Of a stretch of DNA of 64,000 nt, positions 9,773-20,444 are shown piece by piece. Each line of letters opens with the position of its first letter. Positions within the stretch are counted from its first letter, which is position 1. The DNA is from Candidatus Latescibacterota bacterium (lineage in GTDB: Bacteria; Latescibacterota; UBA2968; GCA-2709665): positions 2,272,001 to 2,336,000 of the forward strand of contig OZ252100.1 in the NCBI GenBank assembly GCA_965248435.1, given 5' to 3'. Position numbers and translations under genes: made by a program. A model generated the notes under the pieces. That model did no database searches. It was not told the DNA's origin and worked only from the letters and a program-made list of their open reading frames with translations.

Positions 9773-11503
9773 TGGGCTTGCTCCTCTTGCAGTTGAAGCC
9801 GGAGCAGATCGTATTCCACCTTGCTGTGATGCCGGGGATCCATAGGGATCATCTCTCGGAAGACGACCTCGTGGACTGGAAGACCATTCTTCGACATCAC
9901 ACGCTCGATCTCACGCCGCCACCCGGCCCCGTTACTGCCGGGGACCGCGCACGGATCACCGGGAACGATGACGCATACGCATCTTTCCCCGAGGGTCGGG
10001 TCGGGCATGCCCAGGTAGGCGGCGAGCCTAACAAAAGGAAGGTTCTTCATGATGATCTCCGCCTTGACAGGAAACACATACTTGCCATCCGTCTGTATGG
10101 CGTTGTGGACCCGACCAACGATCCATAGGTGGCCATGTCTGTCTATGCGCCCCAGGTCGCCGGTGCGGTGGTAAACGACACCGGTGGTGTCGCGGATCTT
10201 GGCCAGACGGAAGGCATTCGGATCGTTGTAATAGTCCGAACAGACGTGCTCACCCGCGACGATAAGCTCTCCAACCTCCCCGGGGCGCACTTCGAGATCC
10301 TCCCAGTCCTCTTCCGACTGCAGATCGATAGGGCCCCGAGTGATTTTCAGAAGCTTCCAGTCGAGCCCGGGGTGGATCGGACCCACGTCCACACCTTCGT
10401 CCACACCTTCGTCCACGCATTCGGAATCCGCCTTGTCAAGCGACTTCCCTGCCAGAAGCTCGCGGGCCTCGATGTGGGCGATGGGTTCCACCTCGGTAGA
10501 GCCATAAAGCACCAGCACATCAGAACCGGGAGCGGTAGTCGTGAAATCGATCAGGTCATCTCGGCTTATCGGCGCCCCACCTGTGATGCGATCGCCTGAG
10601 ATATTTGATGGATATTCGGTTCCGAAGGCAATAACGGGAGACTGAATTCAGCAGGGATGGCGAAAAAGTGGCACACGTAACATTGCAGGCCTTCATCTGA
10701 GCCAGCAATGTCAGAGGGTCGTGCTCACTGGGGGCCCCAAGGTCGATGGCAGGGATGACGGTCGTCGCCCCGGCGGCGATGTTGTTCAGGCAAAAGATCG
10801 GGAAGACGGGAAGGTCGACATCAGACGGCAGATAGGGAATAATCTCATTCAGGGCATAGTGCTGGCCCGCCAAGAAACGATGTGTCCGGTTGGCGCCCTT
10901 TGGCTGACCGGAGCTTCCCGTTGTGAAGGTGATGAGCGCCGTATCCTCCTGCGCAACTGGAGTGACAGCCGCTTCCGCTTCCGTCTCGATCAGCTCTTCG
11001 ATGCTGGCGGTGTATACCTTGTCTGTGGGGCCCGCCGAGACCTTGATGGGTATCGAGACCAGCCCGGGTTCGGCTTCATAAGCGAGAAACGCCTGGTCCA
11101 GGCTTACCATGGCCTTTGGCGTGGTCATTTGAGCGGTGACGCCCAGATTTCGGCGCCTGGCCCAGGAGTCCAGGAAAACAGGAATGGCGCCTATTCGCTG
11201 AAGAGCAAACATCACTGTGTACATTCCGACTGACATCGGGAGGAAAACGATTACGCGATCCCCTTTTTGAATGCTCAACTCGCGGAAGCCTGCCGCCATC
11301 CGACGGACGCCCCGGGCAAACTGATCCAGCGTAATGGACTCGTGATCGAGGAGATCGTCGAGTCGAAAGGACCAGCGACTTAGTTTTTCCCGGGGAACCC
11401 AGTGGAAGATGATATGCTCCGGGTCTTTCTCCAGATTGTGCTCTATAAAGGTGACGACGTTGTTGTCCGGTGTGTCACCCGCCCTGTACCCGATGGTGCT
11501 CAT
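9769..11503 (-). CDS. AMP-binding (ANL) enzyme, OleC-like; frameshifted near 10585-10592
   Basis: N-half has ITFTTGSSGQPKG. After a frame change the sequence continues ITGGAPIS...YGSTEVEP, HRTGDLG and PMDPRHHSKV. The two track ORFs (10556-11587 and 9769-10518) form one gene; AGGAGG RBS before ATG 11503. Confidence 0.85.
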
Positions 11504-11540
11504 GCTGCCTCCTTTGCAAGGACTCCTTGGTTCGCGGTGC

Positions 11541-12287
11541 TCATAGCTCGATTCCCAGCTTGCGTAGCGTTCGCACCTTTTTTCCATCTGGTGTCCTGGT
11601 GTAGATTGGACGCCTGCAGATATTGGGGATTCCTTCGGGCAGGGTTGCCTCCTGGTCGACTCGGTCGAATACGGTTGCGAGCGCCCCTGCTTCTTCGGGA
11701 CCTGTCCTGGACAGGTAGCTTAGATAATTGCGTTCGGCACCCGAAGAAACCTGATGCCGCACGAGGATCTTCCCCGTATCGATCTTCGGCTCCATCACGT
11801 GAATCGTGAAGCCCGCTGGCCGTCCTTCGGCAAGCGCATAAAGGTCACAGAGAACTCCGCGGTGTCTCGGGAGGATTCCGTGATGAATATTCACACATCC
11901 CAACCGAGGCGCGTTCAGGATCCTTGAGCGATAGATGCAGCGGGTCCTCACATTCACCACAAGATCGATATCCTGCGCTTCAATCCATTCAGCGACCCAG
12001 TCCTCATTCACACTCTTAGCCCGTAAAACCGGAAGGCAGTTTCTCTTGAAAAGGCGCTCGCGCTTCTTGAGGGGAAGCTCAGCAATGTTCCGTACCAGTG
12101 TTTTGGCGATCCCTCGAGCCCCCTGCCAATAGATGCCCCCGAGGCTGCCGACCAAGTTGATAGAATGCCCTCCGAGAAGCATGAGGCCGGCGAGGTGACG
12201 ACGCGAGCGCACAAACAGTTCCTTGAAAAATGGCTGATGGTTGTCGGGCACGTAAGTCAAAGCTGAGGTCACGATCAATGCTTTCAT
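11541..12287 (-). CDS. Formyltransferase family protein (Formyl_trans_N)
   Basis: Motifs NIHHGILPRHRG, GFTIH and IDTGKI. Confidence 0.85.
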   Translation of the reverse strand: MKALIVTSALTYVPDNHQPFFKELFVRSRRHLAGLMLLGGHSINLVGSLGGIYWQGARGIAKTLVRNIAELPLKKRERLFKRNCLPVLRAKSVNEDWVAEWIEAQDIDLVVNVRTRCIYRSRILNAPRLGCVNIHHGILPRHRGVLCDLYALAEGRPAGFTIHVMEPKIDTGKILVRHQVSSGAERNYLSYLSRTGPEEAGALATVFDRVDQEATLPEGIPNICRRPIYTRTPDGKKVRTLRKLGIEL

Positions 12288-12342
12288 GGCTTCGCCTAAT
12301 GCAGTTGTGAATTCCTTCCAGCGAGATCCGCTAATAGGGGAT

Positions 12343-12358
12343 TGCAAAGGGCGTACCA
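12343..12358 (-). promoter_or_regulatory. Sigma54 promoter for the formyltransferase-to-DUF3419 operon
   Basis: Minus strand reads TGGTACG-CCCT-TTGCA, 56 nt upstream of ATG 12287. Confidence 0.8.
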
Positions 12359-12462
12359 ATCGCGTTTACCCTCTCATCGAACTGTTCGTATCTGTTTCGT
12401 GAACAGCAATTTACAGAAATTGATTCTGAATACCTCCTCGCGGCGATAACGATGTGAACGAC

Positions 12463-12492
12463 TTGCGTGATGTTGCGCAAGACTTCGTGCAA
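12463..12492 (-). promoter_or_regulatory. Candidate upstream activator sequence
   Basis: Plus strand has TTGC at 12463 and 12473 (10-bp phase) inside TTGCGCAA/GTGCAA; about 105-120 bp upstream of the sigma54 site. Confidence 0.4.
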
Positions 12493-12494
12493 TC

Positions 12495-12529
12495 AAAAAA
12501 GGGCCCACACTTCGAAAAGTGTGAGCCCT
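12495..12529 (-). terminator. Intrinsic terminator of the enhancer-binding protein gene
   Basis: Hairpin GGGCTCACACTT-TTCG-AAGTGTGGGCCC followed by T6 on the minus strand. Confidence 0.8.
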
Positions 12530-12579
12530 CGATGCTCCGACTAAGCTCAGCCGATGTTGCGGCTTCTTTAAGTAGCTCT

Positions 12580-14595
12580 TTAGGCGATTATATCTGACTC
12601 CGACTGCGCTCGAAGCAAATCCCTTCCGTCCTGCGACAACTCGTAGACGCGAGCCGCCCCTCGCTTGTGCCAGTCCAGATAGCCGAGGTCGGTCAGCTTT
12701 CTCAGGTCGTTCTGAAACGTCCTTCGGGAATCTCCGCTTCCCGATGCAGGGGACGCGATACGATTCATCACCTCGTTTACCGCGGAACCCCCCTCCTGCC
12801 GATGAACGACCTCCAGAATCCGCCTCTGCCTCTGACTCAGGGATCGCAGAGGCGGAGCCGGCCTTCGGGTCTGCGTACCCAGCGCGTGAGAGATGTCTGA
12901 TTCCGTAAGGGTTGGGCCTTTGGCGTAAACGGCAACGGCGCGTTCGATTGAATTTATAAGATCCCTCACATTGCCCGGCCAGGCGTGGTTCATCAGCCGA
13001 TCGATCGCAGATCGCGAAAAGCCGCGGAGCACCTTGCCCGAACGCTGCGAGATCCGCTCGAGGAAGGTCTGAGCCAGCAGTGGGATATCCTCCGGGCGCT
13101 CCCTCAAAGGGGGCAACCGGAGAGGAAGGACATTCAGTCGGAAATAGAAGTCCTCTCGGAACTCACCCCGGGCAATCATCTCCTCCAGATCCCGGTTGGT
13201 CGCGGCGACGATCCTCACGTCGGTCTGAATCGTCTCAGTTCCCCCAACCCGTTCGAAGGCCTGTGTCTCCAGAACTCGCAGCAGCTTGATCTGAGTAACC
13301 TGCGGAATGTCTCCCACCTCGTCCAGGAACAGGGTTCCTTGGTGAGCCAGCTCGAACCGACCCGGCTTCGCACGGTCGGCGCCTGTAAACGCCCCCTTCT
13401 CATACCCGAACAGTTCGCTCTCTAGCAGCGTTTCGGAAAACGCAGCGCAGTTCACTGCCACAAAGGGTTTTTCCTGGCGTAAGCTGTTCTGGTGGACGGC
13501 CCTTGCGGCCAACTCTTTACCTGTCCCTGTCTCACCCAGGAGCAACACGGTTAGATCTGACGCGGCCACCTGTTGAATCGTCTGACGGACCTGACGCATC
13601 TGCGGACTGTCGCCGATCAACCCGTGAACCCGATCCTCACTTTCCAACGCGCGCACCCGCATCTCCAGCGTCTTGATCCGCTCGAGATAATACTCCAGAT
13701 CCTTCCGATGTATGGCCTCGAGAATCGTTTGCGAGCGGGCAAGAATCTCGCCGTCATCCTGCAGCCGGATCATACGCGTTTCCGGTCTCCAGGTCAGCGT
13801 CCACCCGCAGGAACAAGCCTTTGCGATTTCTGCCCGGGCGGGGTTGTCCAGCTCCTCAATCCGCCCGTGCATCTCAATGCGCGGATCCTCCGCAAACGTA
13901 TCCCCATATAGCTGAAGTGTGCCCTGGATATGGAGCGCGGTGTCCATGAAGAAGGCCCCGATGTCCTTTTCCAGCCCGAAAGGCTTGAGGCACGCCGCAA
14001 GCCGTTCACGGTTCGCATAGTGAAAGTGAATCTGAAGCTGGTTTTCCCCGTCGGCACGCATCTCGATATGGACAAGGTCGCCCGTAAAGATCTGGCTCAG
14101 GACCAACGGCCCCAGCCACTGCAACAGTACCCCGATGTTGCGCTGGTCGTGAGCCGGTGGCAAAGCGGTGATCAAGAGCCCAATGAGACTGATCCATTCC
14201 TTGTGGGGTTCAACGGCCACACCCCCACCGCCACGTCCCATCCCCACGCAAAAATATTCAGGTTTGGGGACATCGGAATAGGTCTTGGCGAATTCGAACA
14301 GGAACTGGACCACGTGGACAAACGTATAGCCCGGATGCGCCATCAACAGCTCGTACTCCTCTGGACTGGCAAGCGCACGGAGTTCCTCGGACAGGCGCTG
14401 CCCTGCGGCCGCATCCACCTCGTTCGTCAAATACCGCACCGTCGTCTGGGCCAGCCGATTCGTCACCACGATCGACTGTTCCTGGGGGCTGAGCGACGCA
14501 AGATCGGCGTTTAGACCCGTGATCTGTACCGCTTTTCGCAGCCGTTTGAGAAAATCAGATTCGGCGGCCGTCTGCGTGGACGACGGTTTTGCCAT
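12580..14595 (-). CDS. Sigma54-dependent transcriptional activator (bEBP) with an uncharacterised N-terminal domain and a winged-helix C-terminus
   Basis: Motifs [22 protein letters not shown] and WPGNVRDL. The C-terminus [10 protein letters not shown]...[12 protein letters not shown]...RGAARVY is wHTH-like rather than Fis-like. Start placed at ATG 14595. Confidence 0.92.
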   Translation of the reverse strand: MAKPSSTQTAAESDFLKRLRKAVQITGLNADLASLSPQEQSIVVTNRLAQTTVRYLTNEVDAAAGQRLSEELRALASPEEYELLMAHPGYTFVHVVQFLFEFAKTYSDVPKPEYFCVGMGRGGGGVAVEPHKEWISLIGLLITALPPAHDQRNIGVLLQWLGPLVLSQIFTGDLVHIEMRADGENQLQIHFHYANRERLAACLKPFGLEKDIGAFFMDTALHIQGTLQLYGDTFAEDPRIEMHGRIEELDNPARAEIAKACSCGWTLTWRPETRMIRLQDDGEILARSQTILEAIHRKDLEYYLERIKTLEMRVRALESEDRVHGLIGDSPQMRQVRQTIQQVAASDLTVLLLGETGTGKELAARAVHQNSLRQEKPFVAVNCAAFSETLLESELFGYEKGAFTGADRAKPGRFELAHQGTLFLDEVGDIPQVTQIKLLRVLETQAFERVGGTETIQTDVRIVAATNRDLEEMIARGEFREDFYFRLNVLPLRLPPLRERPEDIPLLAQTFLERISQRSGKVLRGFSRSAIDRLMNHAWPGNVRDLINSIERAVAVYAKGPTLTESDISHALGTQTRRPAPPLRSLSQRQRRILEVVHRQEGGSAVNEVMNRIASPASGSGDSRRTFQNDLRKLTDLGYLDWHKRGAARVYELSQDGRDLLRAQSESDIIA

Positions 14596-14626
14596 GTGAG
14601 AGCTCCGGAAATGATGAAGAATCTGC

Positions 14627-14670
14627 GAAACTGTATGCAAGAAGATGCAATGATACGCAATCTCGCGCAA
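14627..14670 (+). promoter_or_regulatory. Candidate upstream activator sequence (four GCAA repeats at 10-bp period)
   Basis: GCAA at 14637, 14647, 14657 and 14667, plus GAAA at 14627; 122-165 bp upstream of the sigma54 site at 14792. Confidence 0.6.
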
Positions 14671-14791
14671 CGCCAAAAACGTCCCAGTGAATGAACCTCG
14701 TGGGACAGCGGATTCCGGATTCTGATCTATCTGACATAAAAATAACATCTTAAGAAAATTTATCTCCCTGCAGCAAGTTTTGGCAGCTGGG

Positions 14792-14807
14792 TGGCACGGC
14801 ACGTGCC
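14792..14807 (+). promoter_or_regulatory. Sigma54 promoter for the TonB-dependent receptor
   Basis: TGGCACG-GCAC-GTGCC, with GG-N10-GC spacing. Confidence 0.65.
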
Positions 14808-14976
14808 TATCCGGTCAACGGCCTATCGGGACTTGGACAGTCCACCCTCAGAGAAAGCGGATAATCCTCACAAAGACGAATCCCGAGTTTCCATCCCGAC
14901 GGCCCAATCTCGTGCAAAGCGATCAAAACATTGCTATAATACTAACGTCGGGCAAACCTCAGCGAAGAGGAGCGTC

Positions 14977-17875
14977 ATGAAAACCAGACTCATTTTCACC
15001 TTGCTCACACTCTGTATCGCGTTCGTAGAGGTCTCGGCCCAGGATGGGGGCGTCATCCGCGGGCGGGTCACAGATGCGGATACGGGTGAACCGCTCTCTG
15101 ACGTCAATATCACCGCCAAAGGCCCCGGGCTGCCTGAACCCGCCGGTACCGTAACGGACCCTGAGGGCAGGTACACGATCGACGGTCTACCCGCCGGCCT
15201 CTACGAACTGACCGTTTCCCACGTCGGATACGGAGGCGCGCACCGAAAAGGCGTGCGAGTCCAGATTGGAGCCACCGTCAGGCTCGATTTTTCGCTGGAG
15301 ATCAGACTCATCCCTGGTATGGAAATCACTGTAGAGGCGGTGTCTCTCGTCCCGGAACCAAACAAGGATGCCCCGGCCGGCACCTCAGTCGTGGATGGAA
15401 AACAGATCCGGGACCAGACCACGCTGAACCTGGCGGAGCCGATAAAGAATGAGCTCGCGGTCGACTACCACCAGACCGGTCTGGTGACTGGCAATACCGT
15501 CGTCAGGGGGTTCAACAACATATTCTCCGGCGCCCTCTTGACGCTCGTGGACAACCGGATCGGCCGAGTGCCGTCACTCCGCCTCAATGCCCACAACTTC
15601 ATACCGCTTACCCCCCTCGACATCGAGCGAATCGAGGTCGTTCGCGGCCCTGCATCGGCGCTCTACGGTCCCAACAGCGCCAACGGCGTGATGCACATCA
15701 TCACCCGCTCTCCCTTTCGCTCCGCAGGGACGACAATCAACATCGGCGGTGGGGAGCGGAGCCTGCGGAACTTTGCCTTCCGCCACGCGAACACCGTCAA
15801 CAACAAAGTGGGATACAAGATCTCCAGCCAGTATTACGCCGGCACCGACTGGAAATACGTGGACCCCGTGGAAGTCGAACGGAGAGGATCCAATCCACGC
15901 AGCTACGACGTCGAACGTACAACTTCGGAGATCCAGCTCGACTTCAGACCGACCGACGGGTTCAGCGCGATCATCTCAGGAGGTTTTACAGAGGCCAGCA
16001 ACATCGAGCTCACCGGTCTGGGCGCAGCCCAGGCAAAAGACTGGCGCTACACCTTTATTCAGGGCAGGCTGCAATTTCAGGAGTTCTTCACCCAGTTCTT
16101 CATGAACCGCAGCGACGCGGGCAAAACGACCCTCCTGCAAAGAGGGGATCTCATGGTGGACGAGTCGAGCCTGGCCGTTTTCCAGGCCAGGAATGCGACC
16201 AACCTGGGCAGGCACCAGCGATTCATCTACGGCTTCGATGTCCTGCGGACCCGACCCAAAACCGGAGGAACGATCAACGGGGAAAACGAAGATCGAGACG
16301 ATATCAACGAGTTCGGGTTCTACGTTCAGAGCAAGACGTCCCCGAGCGAAAAACTGGACCTCGTGCTGGCCGGCCGAATCGACCGGCACAACCACATCGA
16401 TGATCCGGTCTTTTCACCCCGTGCAGCGCTGGTCCTCAAACCCACAGAGGTACAGACCGTACGTCTCACCTACAACCGCGCCTTCAGCACACCGACCAGC
16501 AACAACCTCTTCCTGGACCTGGTTGCGAGCCCCGATGCCTTTGGCCTCGGGAAAAACTTTCAGCCGTCGCTCGGGTTCAATCCTGCCGTCGACGTCCGAG
16601 CACAGGCTGCCCTCGAAGGCTTTACATTCAAGCGGAATGCCAGCGGCCTCCCGATGTTTCGGTCCTCCTTTGCCCCCGCTGCCGGACTCTCCGCAGATCA
16701 GTTCATCCCTCTGCACGATCCCCAGTTCACGAACGTCATGTGGGGCATCGGACGGGGCGCGGTGCTCAACGGCTTTGTGCCGACGCTCAAGCAGCTCGCC
16801 ACGGGATCGATCGCCCAGCAGCTGATCGCCGGAGGGATGCCCGTCGACCAGGCACAGGCGGCTGGAGCCCAGCAGGCTGAGCTCTTAGCGGCGGCCTTCG
16901 AGGGCATCGTACCCGCCACCCTTCCGGGACTGAGGAATACCCTGGCGACCCTGAATCAGCAGACCCGGGGGTTCGACCCGATTTCAGACCTTAACGGCGC
17001 TGTCACAGAACTCCCCAAGATCAAGCCGACGATCACAGACGTTCGAAGTGGGGTTCAAGGGTCTGGTCGGCAGGAAGCTGCTTGTCGGTGCCGATCTCTA
17101 CCGGACACGAACAAGAGACTTTGTTGGACCGCTCCGTGTGGAAACGCCCAATGTCTTCCTGGATTCGAACACGCTGACCAGTGCCCTGTCGCAGTCATTC
17201 ACGCTAGCGCTGAATGATCCATCCGCTGCACAGCTGGCAGGGGCCCTGGCCGTGCTTGACGCACCCGGCCAGGGAGGCAACGGGAACGGCAGCGCGGTCG
17301 ATGAGCTGACCCGGCTCTTTGTCGCTGGCACGGACAACAACGGCGCCGCATTCATCCCGTATGGTACCGTCTCCCCGGAGCAGGCCTTCGACCCGGCTGC
17401 GGTCGTCCTCGCCTATCGAAACTTCGGCGAAGTGACCCTCTACGGTTTCGATCTGGGCTTCGAGCTTTATCCCAACCATCCCAACAACAACTGGGTCTTC
17501 AGCGGGAACTACTCCTATGTGAGTGAGAACCTGTTCAGGGACCTGGACGGGATCGCGGATATCGCGCTAAACGCGCCCCGTCACAAATTCAATTTTGGTG
17601 CAAACTATTCACGCCCTGGAACCGGACTTAGGTTGGGCGGCCGTGTCCGTTACAAGGACGCCTTCCCTATGAACTCGGGGGTTTACGTGGGCGATTTGGA
17701 AGCCTTCACAGTCCTGGATCTAAACGCGGCTTATGACCTGCCTATGAAGAACTCCAGTGCTGCGATTACGCTGAATCTCAACGCGAACAATGTATTGAAC
17801 AATGAACATCGGGAATTTGTCGGCGCGCCAGAGATCGGCCGGCTGGTATCCGGTGGGATAACCGTCGGCTTCTGA
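14977..17875 (+). CDS. TonB-dependent outer-membrane receptor with an N-terminal carboxypeptidase-regulatory-like domain; frameshifted near 17036-17040
   Basis: Signal peptide; plug motif IERIEVVRGPASALYG; C-terminal GITVGF. KPTIT continues in another frame as TFEVGFKG (ACAGACG where ACAGAGACG is expected). Confidence 0.9.
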
Positions 17876-17902
17876 AATAGCCAATACAAGGACCGTCAGC
17901 TC

Positions 17903-17937
17903 GCGCCCGGGTGGTGATCACCCGGGCGCTTTGTTTT
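17903..17937 (+). terminator. Intrinsic terminator
   Basis: GCGCCCGGGTG-GTGAT-CACCCGGGCGC-TTTGTTTT. Confidence 0.85.
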
Positions 17938-18039
17938 GCCTGATTTCAATATTCTGCGTCAGAGGAACTCCCGAACCAGGCGCGCTGTTCTTGATGGCGC
18001 CGGCATGCGGGAACACAACCTGGTGAATTGGTCGGCCTT

Positions 18040-18097
18040 CAGCGCGGGAATAAATTCCCACGCTGAGAGAAGCGAAAAGCCCTCCTACGTCGGGCTG
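18040..18097. repeat. Solo copy of the IS200-like element end (REP-like palindrome plus second hairpin)
   Basis: CAGCGCGGGAATAAATTCCCACGCTG...AAGCCCTCCTACGTCGGGCT resembles 20408-20463 and 21070-21125. Confidence 0.75.
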
Positions 18098-18227
18098 AAA
18101 AGATGCCCCGGCCTCAGACCGATGGTCTACTCAGGGTTTCTCTTATTCAGGGAGGTGATTTCTTATTATCTTCAATCAGAACCAACGGCAGATTCTTAAT
18201 CAGCGGAACCCTATGAGGTGAATCGAT

Positions 18228-20444
18228 ATGTCTCTCTCTGAGCTCAGCAAATCATACGGCACCGTCACCCTCGATCCCGATGGCGAAGTCGTCGCCGCGA
18301 GCTACGGCACCTGGCGCGTCACCTACACAGCGGGGTCTAAAGCTGTTGCAGCAGGAGGAACCATCCGGATCTACACCGACTCCGACACCGACCGGGGCAT
18401 CTGCCAGCTCGACGACCCTGGCGGCGCGGATTACACCACACTACGCGCGCCCAGGGCCGCACAGGCGGTCATCCTGGTTCAGAAGTACGCCGTCGTGGTC
18501 GCGATAGGCGGCGAGGGCCTGAAACCGGGTGAGCAGGTCGTCGTTACCTTCGGTGACCTGAGCGGAGGCGGACCTGGATTTCGATCTCAGACCTTTTTAG
18601 AGACGAGACACTACTTCCGCGTCGACGTGAATGTCGAGGGGGATGGGGAATATATCTCACTGCCGGACCCCCCCTATTTCAAGATCGTCGGAGGAGACAC
18701 CGAGTGGCTCACCGTTGTCGCGCCCTCGAAGGTCACGATCGGGCAGTCGTTTCGGATTATGGTGAAGGCAGAGGATGCGTGGGGCAATCCGGCATCGGCT
18801 TACCGCGGGACCGTCGAGCTCAGCGCAGAGGGCATGGAGCTGCCCGAGAAAAGCCTGACCTTCAACGCCGAAGATAACGGCGTGCGATGGGTCGACGGCT
18901 GCACCGCCTCGCGAGCTGGAATGTTCAGGATCACCACGGCCGACCGCGCGTTCACGGCAAGCAGCAACCCGATCGAATGCGCCGAGCAGCCCGGCGAGTA
19001 TGGCCTCTTCTGGGGCGACTTTCACGGCGGCCAGGTCACCCTGGCCGAGAAGATCCCCGACTTCTTCCGATACGCCAGGGACATCGCAGGGGTCAGCTTC
19101 GCCGGCTACCAGCGCAATGATCACGCCATCTCGACGGATGACTGGGCGCTGCAGCAGCGGACCGAGAGAGAACTCTATGAGGCCGGCCGGTTCGTCCCCG
19201 TGCCCGGGTATGAGTGGTCCCCGCCGTCAGAGCGAGGCGGTCATCACAACGTCTTCTTCAGGCGACAGGACCAGCCCATTCACCGCTGTGACCACTCCAG
19301 GCTGGAAGACAAATCAGACGCGGACACCGACCTCTATCACATCCTCGATCTCTATCGCAACTATCGGATGGCCGATGTGATCATCACGCCTCACGTCGGC
19401 GGTGTCGCCTCGGACCTGAGCTACCACGAGCCAACCCTGGAACCGGCCATCGAGGTGACCTCAACCCACGGCTCGTTCGAGTGGTTCCTGAAGGAGGCGC
19501 TGGAGCGTCGTTACAAGGTCGGGTTTCTCGGCGGGAGTGACAGCTTTACCGGGAGGCCAGGCGGGGATCGTCCCGGCTACCAATTGAGGCGTTACGCCAA
19601 GTCCGGTTTGGCCGGTGTCTACGCGAGGGAACTGACGGTTGACGGCCTGCTCGAGGCGCTCAGGGCCCGCCGCTGCTATGGGACGACGGGCGTCAGGATC
19701 CTCTTACACACGGAAGCAGACGGCCACCCGATGGGTGAGGAATATACGACAACATCCAATCCGGAGATTTCGGTCGGTGTGACCGGCACCGCGCCTCTGG
19801 AATCGGTCGAACTGTTCCGCGGATTGGAGAAAATCTACAGCCACACCATATCGACGCCGCGCTCAGACAATCGCGTGCGCATCCTGTGGGAAGGGGCCAG
19901 TCAGAAGAGCAGTTACTCGGCAGCGGTATGGGACGGGTGTTTGAATGTGGCGGGACGGAAGATCGCGTCTGTGGAAAAGGTGCGCTTCGACAGTCCGCGT
20001 TCTCATATTCTGGACGAGAAAGAGGACGGTCTGAGCTGGCACTCCATAACGTGCGGATATCGGAGCGGAATGATCCTGGAGCTGGATGGAAATGGGGATG
20101 CCGAACTGGAAATTGTGATCGACACATCCCTGTTTACTTCGATGTCGTCGATCCCTGCGGAGAACGTCGCATTCAGCGTAAGCCTCCAGGAACTTGCGGC
20201 GGGGCCGAAAGAGGTCGAAATCGGCGAGTTGGACCGCAAGGTCACCGTCTCGTTTGCGCCTGGGGCGGGGGGAACGGAGACGGCGGAATTCACCTTTAGA
20301 GATGAATCGCCCGATCCTGGGATCAATCCTTACTGGGTACGCGTCGTCCAGACAGATATGGAGATGGCCTGGAGCAGTCCGATCTTCGTGGATTATGTTG
20401 CGCCGGTCAGCGCGGGAATAAATTCCCGCGCTGCAGATGCATGA
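18228..20444 (+). CDS. DUF3604 domain protein (PHP-like metallohydrolase)
   Basis: Motifs WGDFHG, NDH, GYEWS, GHHNV, PHVGG, GFLGGSD, RRCYGTTG and MAWSSPI. Confidence 0.82.
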   Translation: MSLSELSKSYGTVTLDPDGEVVAASYGTWRVTYTAGSKAVAAGGTIRIYTDSDTDRGICQLDDPGGADYTTLRAPRAAQAVILVQKYAVVVAIGGEGLKPGEQVVVTFGDLSGGGPGFRSQTFLETRHYFRVDVNVEGDGEYISLPDPPYFKIVGGDTEWLTVVAPSKVTIGQSFRIMVKAEDAWGNPASAYRGTVELSAEGMELPEKSLTFNAEDNGVRWVDGCTASRAGMFRITTADRAFTASSNPIECAEQPGEYGLFWGDFHGGQVTLAEKIPDFFRYARDIAGVSFAGYQRNDHAISTDDWALQQRTERELYEAGRFVPVPGYEWSPPSERGGHHNVFFRRQDQPIHRCDHSRLEDKSDADTDLYHILDLYRNYRMADVIITPHVGGVASDLSYHEPTLEPAIEVTSTHGSFEWFLKEALERRYKVGFLGGSDSFTGRPGGDRPGYQLRRYAKSGLAGVYARELTVDGLLEALRARRCYGTTGVRILLHTEADGHPMGEEYTTTSNPEISVGVTGTAPLESVELFRGLEKIYSHTISTPRSDNRVRILWEGASQKSSYSAAVWDGCLNVAGRKIASVEKVRFDSPRSHILDEKEDGLSWHSITCGYRSGMILELDGNGDAELEIVIDTSLFTSMSSIPAENVAFSVSLQELAAGPKEVEIGELDRKVTVSFAPGAGGTETAEFTFRDESPDPGINPYWVRVVQTDMEMAWSSPIFVDYVAPVSAGINSRAADA

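Noticed and set aside
14595-14977. Extended N-termini given by the ORF track for the activator (14802) and the TonB receptor (14791)
   Set aside because: They would overlap each other and the promoter/UAS region; the downstream starts fit better (RBS and signal peptide for the TonB receptor).
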